A stretch of DNA of 64,000 nucleotides, from NCBI GenBank assembly GCA_965218585.1, contig CBDCLE010000024.1, forward strand, positions 128,001 to 192,000, in the 5' to 3' direction. Position numbers and translations under genes: made by a program. Position 1 is the first letter of the stretch. Every line of letters begins with the position of its first letter. The stretch is from Terriglobia bacterium (GTDB lineage Bacteria; Acidobacteriota; Terriglobia; 20CM-2-55-15). Of this stretch, positions 56,964 through 64,000 are shown piece by piece. The notes beneath the pieces are model-generated. The model worked only from the letters and a program-made list of their open reading frames with translations, did not search any database and was not told the origin of the DNA.

Positions 56964-58328
56964 GAGGTCGTTCCAATCGGTGTGTAAAAAGAGAAGGCGG
57001 TGTACGCTTTCGGTGAATTCGAAACCCTAAGCAATCCCGGCAGCAACCGGGAGAAAGGTACACCACCCATGAAGAAGAAGAACATACCGGCATCAGTGGC
57101 GTCAACGAACGCGTATGAAGGTTTGGAGGACTGGGCGCGATCCCGGGTCCAAGTCTGGCTACAGGAGCTGCTCGAGGACGAAGTCACTCAATTTCTGGGT
57201 CGGGAAAAGTCGGAGCGGAGTCCGAATCGACGAGGATACCGGAACGGTCACGGGAAGCCGCGACGCTTCGCAATGATGAACGGTACGATGGAGGTTCGAC
57301 GACCTCGGGTTCGAAACACCGCCGAGCGGTTCGAGAGTCAGATCCTGCCGTATTTTCGACGGAAATCGAAACAGCTGGGCGAGCTACTTCCCGATCTCTA
57401 CCTCCACGGCCTGGCCACAGGGGACTTCGAGCAGGCCATGCGCGGACTGCTTGGCGCTGGCGCTCCGTTGTCGCGAGCATCGATCCAACGACTGAAATCG
57501 ACCTGGCAGTTGGAGTATGACGAGTGGGTCCAGCAGGACCTGTCCGGCCTCGAGGTCGTGTACCAGTGGGCAGACGGCTTGTACGTGAAAGCGGGGATCG
57601 CGAAAGAGCGAGCGGCATTGCTGGTGATCATCGGAGCCTTGTCAGACGGGCGCAAAGTGGTGTTGGCCTGTGAGAGCGGGCAGCGGGAAAGCAAGGAGTC
57701 CTGGAGCCGCATTCTGCGCAATCTCCAGAGACGGGGCCTGAAGCTGGGACGACTGACTGTCGCGGACGGTCACCTGGGCATCTGGTCCGCGCTGGCCGAG
57801 CAACAGCCCCAGGGCCAGGAACAACGCTGCTGGAACCACAAGTCGATCAACGTGGTCGATCATCTGCCGAAGACCGAGCAGCCCGCGGCCAGACAGCTGC
57901 TCCATGGGATGGCCTTCGCGAACTCCCGCGCGGCCTGCGAACGAAAGCGGGATCAGTTCGTCCGCCGATATGAGAAGAACTATCCCAAAGCGGGTGAGAC
58001 GCTGTTGCGGGACTGGGACCGGATGATTACTTTCTATGAGTTCCCGAAACAACACTGGGTGCATCTGAGAACGACCAACATCGTCGAATCGCCCTTCGAC
58101 ATGGTTCGCCTCCGCACCAACGCCGCTCGCCGATTCAAGCGTGTCGAGAATGCAACGGCAATGATCTGGAAGCTACTACGTGTCGCTGAGAAGGCTTGGC
58201 GACACTTAAAAGGATCCGAACTCTTACAAGAGGTCTATGATGGTCAGCAATTCGCTGACGGCATCAGAGTCGTGATGAAATCGAAGGCCGCCGCCTGATG
58301 ACTTTTACACACCTTTTGTAATGACCTC
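56964..58328 (+). mobile_element. IS256-family element type A, copy 3
   Basis: Same TIRs; 8-bp TSD TTTCGACT; transposase 57069-58298. Confidence 0.95.
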
Positions 58329-58335
58329 TTTCGAC

Positions 58336-58385
58336 TGTAGGTGCGGTCTATGACCGCACATGTGCGCTCATAGACCGCACCTACA
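58336..58385. repeat. GTAG-type REP doublet
   Basis: TGTAGGTGCGGTCTATGACCGCAC-AT-GTGCGCTCATAGACCGCACCTACA. Confidence 0.8.
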
Positions 58386-58573
58386 ATGTATACAGTGGTT
58401 CAAGAGCTCGGATTTGCGTAAACTGAAGAGTTGAGCAACGAACGTTAGTCCCGACCGTGGCAAAAGGATAGGATCAGAAGGTGGCAAAGGACGCACTATT
58501 AGAGGTTCCAGATCAGAGCGAGGGTTGGAGTGCGCCTGTGGCCACTGAGATCTGGCCCGATGTTGCGTTATAT

Positions 58574-59194
58574 ATGATTCGAACTCGACGGTATCGGCCC
58601 ACGCTATTCCTGCCAAAGAGTTCTCTCCGCCTGTGCGCTGCGACAGATGGCGATCGATTCCTCCGGTTCATACGCCGGATGATGCGAAACCGAAACCCTG
58701 TCATCCGTTGGGTCGGCCGGGTAACGCGCGTCGGCCATCGTTACTATCAGAAACTTGAGGATCGGATCGATCCGCAGGAACGGATGATCAAAGCGCTGAA
58801 CTGCCCGCGCTCCCTGAAGGTCCTTCACGCGCCAAGTTCCGATCCGGAAAGTGAGTTTCGGGATCTTCTACGTGGCCAGGTTGTCAAACACGGTGCGTGG
58901 CTCGTTGTGGATGGGATACTCACGGCCCTGACCGTGATGTTTTTCTGGGTTCTGGTGCCCATTCCCGGTCCGAACGTCTTTTTCTACTACCCGGCATTAA
59001 GACTTGCCAGTCATTACAGAGCCATGACGGGAGCCAGACGCGGACTGAATGGGATTGAAATCGCGTTCGAGCCTATGGCGGGGCTGGCTCATGTCGAAGA
59101 AGAACTCCGAAACCCGACAGGTGCAGACGGTGCCGAAGACAGTGTGTCGGCCCGAATCGAAGGATTGGAAGTTTTTCTCCGCCGGTTGACTTAG
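58574..59194 (+). CDS. Membrane protein resembling the Mit_KHE1 (K+/H+ exchange-related) family
   Basis: VPIPGPNVFFYYPALRLASHYRAMTGARR after a TM segment; start uncertain. Confidence 0.55.
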   Translation: MIRTRRYRPTLFLPKSSLRLCAATDGDRFLRFIRRMMRNRNPVIRWVGRVTRVGHRYYQKLEDRIDPQERMIKALNCPRSLKVLHAPSSDPESEFRDLLRGQVVKHGAWLVVDGILTALTVMFFWVLVPIPGPNVFFYYPALRLASHYRAMTGARRGLNGIEIAFEPMAGLAHVEEELRNPTGADGAEDSVSARIEGLEVFLRRLT

Positions 59195-59239
59195 ATTCCA
59201 GCAATCAAGGCTGCTCAATCCAAGGCACATAGATACCAG

Positions 59240-60772
59240 ATGCGCGTTCCGCTCGAAGCCTTACCCTCAATGTCGAAGCTTTTCCTCGACTACATTCAGG
59301 GTTCCGATAGTGCCTGCCAGTTCTATCCGCACCGCCCTTCACTGGATGCTGTCGAAGAATTCGCTCGCGGGTGTCCTTCAATCGATGATGCGCATCGGAA
59401 CCGACTGGCCGACGCACTGGAATCGCAACACGAGGGATGGAACGTGGACACCACTTCGATCAAGAAGCTGCGTTCTGGTGCTGTGGCGGTCGTGACAGGA
59501 CAGCAGGCCGGACTCTTGACCGGACCGATGTATTCTATTCTGAAGGCCCTCACGGCGGTCAAGATTGCCAGGCAGCTGGACGAGCGTGGTGTCGCTGCAG
59601 TGCCGGTGTTCTGGATTGCCGCCGAAGATCACGATCACGAAGAGATCGAATGGGCTGGAATTCTAAGCCAGGATTCAACGCTGGAGAAGGTTACGTCTCC
59701 GCTACCGAATCCTGACCGTGCGCCTGTCGGATGGCTTCGCTTCGGTTCGTCCCTCCCCGATGCGATAGAGGAGTGTTTCCGTCTTCTCCCGCCTTCGGAG
59801 TTTGCCGCCGAGGTGCGGACCCTTATCGAAGGCGCTTACAGTCCGGAGGTTTCTCCCGTCGAGGCCTTCGCCCGGATGATGGGCGGGTTGTTTGAAGGTT
59901 CCGGCTTGATACTCGCCGATCCGCTCTCTCCCCCTCTGCGGTCGATAGAAAAAGATGCCATTGCCGGTGTGGCGAGGCGGGCGGAGGATGTTCGTTCTGC
60001 ACTCGCCGCACGCACCCAGATGATCATCCGGGCGGGATATTCCGAGCAAGTGCGGGTGGGTCGAAACTTTACCGGATTCTTCGCCTATCGAGAGGGATCT
60101 CGGGTGTCGCTCGAACCGGAAAAGGATCTTGCCGGACTGGATTTGAGTCCCAACGTTCTATTGCGCCCCGTGGTGCAGGATTCCATGTTCCCCACTGTGG
60201 CTTTTGTCGGGGGGCCTGCCGAGGTCGCCTATATGGCGCAGGCGGGTTCAGCTTACGAGTGTCTGGGAAAACCTGTGCCGCCTGTGTTTCCGAGGATCAC
60301 AGCAACGTTGGTGGAACCGCCTGTCGCCCGTGTCATGAAGAAATACGATCTGGGTATCGAAGACGTGTTCGAGGGTATGGATCAACTCAGAACCAGAGCT
60401 GTCGGATTAACGTCCGGAGTCGAGGTTTTCGACGACGTCCGCCGGCGTGTGTCGGACCAGATCCAGCGTCTCGGTCCGGTCATGGAAGAGGTGGATCCTA
60501 CACTCGGCGGGGCTTTGGACAATGCTGTTCAAAAGATAATGCATCAGGTGGATACCCTTCGTTCGCGTTTCGTAAGGGGTGAATCGCGGCGCAACGAAGT
60601 TCTGGAACGGCACCTGAATACGTTGAGCACACGTCTGTTCCCGGAGCGCAAGCTGCAGGAACGCGTCGTCAACGTCACCTCGTTTCTTGCTCGATATGGT
60701 TTGAATCTGATTCCGATGATGGATCGGAAACTGGAACTCGACCCTTCGGTGCACCAGGTTATTGAACTCTAG
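59240..60772 (+). CDS. bshC: Bacillithiol biosynthesis cysteine-adding enzyme
   Basis: VVTGQQAG..GP.Y..K, VFWIAAEDHD, SPNVLLRPVVQD, GGPAEVAY, LQER. Confidence 0.93.
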   Translation: MRVPLEALPSMSKLFLDYIQGSDSACQFYPHRPSLDAVEEFARGCPSIDDAHRNRLADALESQHEGWNVDTTSIKKLRSGAVAVVTGQQAGLLTGPMYSILKALTAVKIARQLDERGVAAVPVFWIAAEDHDHEEIEWAGILSQDSTLEKVTSPLPNPDRAPVGWLRFGSSLPDAIEECFRLLPPSEFAAEVRTLIEGAYSPEVSPVEAFARMMGGLFEGSGLILADPLSPPLRSIEKDAIAGVARRAEDVRSALAARTQMIIRAGYSEQVRVGRNFTGFFAYREGSRVSLEPEKDLAGLDLSPNVLLRPVVQDSMFPTVAFVGGPAEVAYMAQAGSAYECLGKPVPPVFPRITATLVEPPVARVMKKYDLGIEDVFEGMDQLRTRAVGLTSGVEVFDDVRRRVSDQIQRLGPVMEEVDPTLGGALDNAVQKIMHQVDTLRSRFVRGESRRNEVLERHLNTLSTRLFPERKLQERVVNVTSFLARYGLNLIPMMDRKLELDPSVHQVIEL

Positions 60773-60838
60773 GAGGAAATTGGGGACTGACAACTCATTC
60801 CCGTCTTCAACGAGAGGCGTCTGTCCCCGAAGTCTCGT

Positions 60839-61963
60839 ATGAAAATCGGTATCACCTGCTATCCGACCTACGGCGGAAGTGGAGTCGTGGCTACAGAGTT
60901 GGGCAAGGAACTCGCGGCTATCGGTCACGAAGTTCACTTCATAAGTTATTCGCTTCCGATTCGCCTCAAGATGAACGATCGAATCCATTTCCATGAAGTG
61001 GAGGTTCTTTCGTACCCGTTGTTTGAGTATCCACCCTACGATCTTGTTCTGGCTACGAAGATGGCGGAAGTAGTGAATCGGTCCGAGCTGGACATCCTGC
61101 ACGTTCACTACGCCATTCCACATTCGATAAGTGCTTTTCTTGCGAAGAAGATGTCCGCAGATAGAGAGATTCCGTTTGTAACCACACTCCATGGGACCGA
61201 TATCACGCTTGTGGGAAACGATCGATCCTATCTACCGATCACACGTTTTGGAATCGAGGAAAGTGACGCCGTCACTGCTGTCTCCGAGTACCTGAAGGAG
61301 AGAACGATCAAAGAGTTCGATACTCAGCACGAGATCGAGGTCATACCCAACTTTGTAAATTGCGACGTCTTTAGAAAGTCTTCCGATTCGAAGTATCGTG
61401 CCAGGTTTGCCGCCGAAGACGAGGGACTGTTGATCCACATTTCAAACTTCCGGCCGCTGAAACGCACGAGCGACGTGATTGAATTATTCAGTCGTCTGAG
61501 AAAGACGCATAAGGCGAAGCTTCTGATGGTGGGAGATGGTCCGGACCGACCTAATGCGGAGTGGCTGGCCGCGGTGAGGGGCGTTTCCGATGACGTACTT
61601 TTCCTGGGCAAGAGTTCCGAGATGGAGCGCCTGCTGTCGGTGTCAGACATACTTCTGCTGCCCAGCGAACTCGAGTCCTTCGGGTTAGTAGCTCTTGAAG
61701 CGATGGCTTCAGAAGTCCCCGTAATAGCGACGCGCGTGGGCGGTCTCTCCGAAGTCGTCGAAGATGGCGTCGACGGCTATCTTTTAGAGGTAGGGGACAC
61801 GGAGTCGATGGCTGCGGCCGCGGCCTCGCTTCTGGGCGACACCGAACTCCACCAGCGCATGGGACAGGCGGGCCGAGAGCATGCCCAACGTGATTTCTGC
61901 CACGAGAAAGTCGTCCAGCGATACGTGGAACTCTACGAGAAAACCGTTTCCAGCGCCTCCTGA
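60839..61963 (+). CDS. bshA: N-acetyl-glucosaminyl L-malate synthase
   Basis: CYPTYGGSGVVATELG, HVHYAIPH, TTLHGTDITLVG, HISNFR..KR, ESFGLVALEAM. Confidence 0.95.
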   Translation: MKIGITCYPTYGGSGVVATELGKELAAIGHEVHFISYSLPIRLKMNDRIHFHEVEVLSYPLFEYPPYDLVLATKMAEVVNRSELDILHVHYAIPHSISAFLAKKMSADREIPFVTTLHGTDITLVGNDRSYLPITRFGIEESDAVTAVSEYLKERTIKEFDTQHEIEVIPNFVNCDVFRKSSDSKYRARFAAEDEGLLIHISNFRPLKRTSDVIELFSRLRKTHKAKLLMVGDGPDRPNAEWLAAVRGVSDDVLFLGKSSEMERLLSVSDILLLPSELESFGLVALEAMASEVPVIATRVGGLSEVVEDGVDGYLLEVGDTESMAAAAASLLGDTELHQRMGQAGREHAQRDFCHEKVVQRYVELYEKTVSSAS

Positions 61964-62083
61964 CGATTCCGAAAACGCTTATCGACCGTATTCCTATAAT
62001 AACTATGCCGACCGGCCTTCATCGGATGAGTCGCGCAAAATGTGCGCGGTGCCCCTCATTGAGTCTAAGTTATTGAAAGGAAA

Positions 62084-62156
62084 AGCCAACGAGCGGAGTC
62101 GAACCGCTGACCTGCTGATTACGAATCAGCTGCTCTACCAGCTGAGCTACGTTGGC
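62084..62156 (-). tRNA. tRNA-Thr (anticodon CGT)
   Basis: GCCAACG acceptor, GCTGA-TT-CGT-AA-TCAGC, AGCGGTTCGACTCCGCT. Confidence 0.95.
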
Positions 62157-62337
62157 AAAAAAATGCTCACCCAGAGGGTGAGCAAGAGTTGTAAAGAGAA
62201 AAAGGATCTGCCCCCAGTCAGGGGCAGAAAGCTCCAATGCATTCATAATTTAATTAAGGGGGTTGGGCCTTGTCAACAAGAATTCTTGCTAATGACCGAA
62301 GGCGTTGGCTTTATTCGGGTTGCGCGTTTTCAACTGC

Positions 62338-63417
62338 TCAGGGATTGAGCTCTCTGGTTGTAATTGGTTGATCTAACTTGAGTTGTATTAATTCGAGTTC
62401 TTCTTCACTACCGAAAACAAGACCGGGATAGCGGGTCTTCATGTAGATGCGGAAGCCACCGAAGACAAGGCCGACGACGAGAGTGAAAGCCAGCGCGATG
62501 CCTATGAACGTGAAGATGGTCAGGATCATTTGAGGCAGTGTGAGTGGGTCGGGAAGTGTCTCGGTCCAGGTTACCTCTGACTGATAACTCAACGCTGACA
62601 TGATCGACTCGCTCAACTCATCACTGTCGCTTTCCAGCAGTATCGCAAACAACGAAACAGATCTTCCGCTGGGCAAGTCGCCCTCAAAACTTTCAATCCA
62701 GGTTTCAGAATGCAGCCGTGCCAGCTGTTGGGTCGGGTAGAGCAGCAACGCAAGTCTTCCCGAGTTAGAAGCTTGTGTGTACTCGGCAACGGCAATCTCC
62801 ACGCTGTTCTCGAAACCGAGTTCGGCAGGGTCCAGGCCGGAGATCGTTTGAAAGGCTGCGGGTGTGAGGATGTATTTCTCAGACTCACGTATCAGACCTT
62901 CGGCTGGGAGAAGCAGCGAGACCGGAGCCTTTCTTGATCGACCAAGTATGTTGTCTGCGATCAGTTCACCCAGGGCTCTGGTCGCCTCCCTCGGACCCTC
63001 CAGTTCAACAACGTATTTGGATTGCCAGAACACGAGCCTGTCGCCGTTTTGATAGCTCTCGATTCCGACGACAGCCAGTTCAAAGTCGGGACTCCTCCAG
63101 TTACGCTTCAACGCGAAGAGGCCATATGAGGCAGTGGAATCGATCATCTCGTAGAGCGCTACTTCCACGCTTCCATCCGTCGATTCAAGTGTTACCAGGG
63201 TAGCCCCGATAAAGCCGTATTCGAGAACGCTCGGGGTGTTGTCCCCAACCAGCGTTTCGATATCAAAGTCCGTATACTCAATCGGTTCCGACCCAAGGCT
63301 CCAGGCGGGATCCTCCAGCATCCATTCGACAAGAGTTTCCCTGGTTTGTGCTGCGAGCGGCGTGGCGAATAGAAGAACGGTCGCAACGATCCTTATAAAA
63401 GTCATTATTTCCTGCAC
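62338..63417 (-). CDS. Exported, C-terminally anchored protein (DUF6599-like)
   Basis: Signal peptide; EYGF, YEM.D...SYGLF, LLLYPTQQLA; C-terminal TM. Confidence 0.65.
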   Translation of the reverse strand: MQEIMTFIRIVATVLLFATPLAAQTRETLVEWMLEDPAWSLGSEPIEYTDFDIETLVGDNTPSVLEYGFIGATLVTLESTDGSVEVALYEMIDSTASYGLFALKRNWRSPDFELAVVGIESYQNGDRLVFWQSKYVVELEGPREATRALGELIADNILGRSRKAPVSLLLPAEGLIRESEKYILTPAAFQTISGLDPAELGFENSVEIAVAEYTQASNSGRLALLLYPTQQLARLHSETWIESFEGDLPSGRSVSLFAILLESDSDELSESIMSALSYQSEVTWTETLPDPLTLPQMILTIFTFIGIALAFTLVVGLVFGGFRIYMKTRYPGLVFGSEEELELIQLKLDQPITTRELNP

Positions 63418-63435
63418 TCAACAGGCTGTTGGGAT

Positions 63436-64000
63436 TCAGTCCCGAGCTTCGGCTGTTTCGAAGCCGCTCAGGGTCTCTGAGTAGGATCTTACACCGTCCA
63501 AGAGAGACTCGGCAATTTGATCGCGCCGGTCTCCTTCCTTGAGCAGGCGTTCGTCGTCAGGATTGCTGATGAAGGAGACTTCAGCAAGGATGGAAGGCAT
63601 GTTGGCACCGATCAAAACCACGAACGGAGCCTGCTTGACTCCCCGGTTTCTTCCGAAATCGGGTGTGGTCGCCAGGGCCCTTTGAATGTGTGAGGCAAAT
63701 TCCCGCGATTCATCCACTTTGTCTCGAAGCAGAATCTTGCTGACAAGATCCTGAAGTTCCGAGATCGATTGAGCCGATGCGGCGTTTTCGCGGGCCGCAA
63801 TTTCTGAACCTTCGCTGGAGGTGGCGAAGTTGAGGAAGTAGGTTTCGAATCCTCGGATCGACCGGCTGCTACTCGAGTTCGCGTGTATTGACAGAAACAG
63901 GTCCGCTTCAGCCTGATTGGCCATTGCCGTACGCGTTTCCAGGGGAACGAAGGCGTCGTCGTTACGGGTCAGGACGACTTCGGCACCCAGTTCCAATTCG
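63436..64000 (-). CDS. N-acetylmuramoyl-L-alanine amidase (Amidase_3), 3' part
   Basis: LTR.DD.FVPLETR..AN..ADLFLSIHAN, APFVVLIGANMPSILAEVSFISN. Confidence 0.95.
   Translation of the reverse strand, partial: ELELGAEVVLTRNDDAFVPLETRTAMANQAEADLFLSIHANSSSSRSIRGFETYFLNFATSSEGSEIAARENAASAQSISELQDLVSKILLRDKVDESREFASHIQRALATTPDFGRNRGVKQAPFVVLIGANMPSILAEVSFISNPDDERLLKEGDRRDQIAESLLDGVRSYSETLSGFETAEARD

Overview
64-kb chromosomal segment of a fairly GC-rich bacterium, most likely an Acidobacteriota member (inferred from gene content: bshA/bshC, a Tes-like radical SAM, acidobacterial-type Ser/Thr kinase remnants). Core genes: 2-oxoacid dehydrogenase E1, ribose-type ABC transporter, thiC with TPP riboswitch, iscA, a tetraether-lipid-synthase (Tes) homologue, folB, trxB, amtB-glnK behind a tandem ANTAR-type leader, accBC, thiE, bshCA, an amidase and 3 tRNAs. 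There is a heavy recent IS load (10 elements: IS1380 x2, IS256 x5 of two types, IS5, IS701, IS21) and several pseudogenes (pilQ, integrase, oxyR, PPOX, DUF5916). The main observation is the ~23-kb island after tRNA-Arg(UCG) (18.55-41.67 kb). It is a tandem array of modules separated by seven copies of a ~36-bp imperfect palindrome with 11-6-11 tyrosine-recombinase-like geometry (STCA-ACGTCCGACAA-GATGAT-TTAWCAGGACY-TGAS). The modules repeatedly keep only the ends of a Ser/Thr kinase gene (promoter + MESGTKLGHYEIL..GKGG at one side, ..NWFEELKERVPVP* at the other). Unrelated cargo (katG, amidohydrolase, SnoaL, PPOX, DUF5916 etc.) replaces the interior. This looks like a gene-cassette array built from hollowed-out kinase cassettes; no recombinase gene is visible in the island. 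All family assignments are from motif recognition only; no searches were run.
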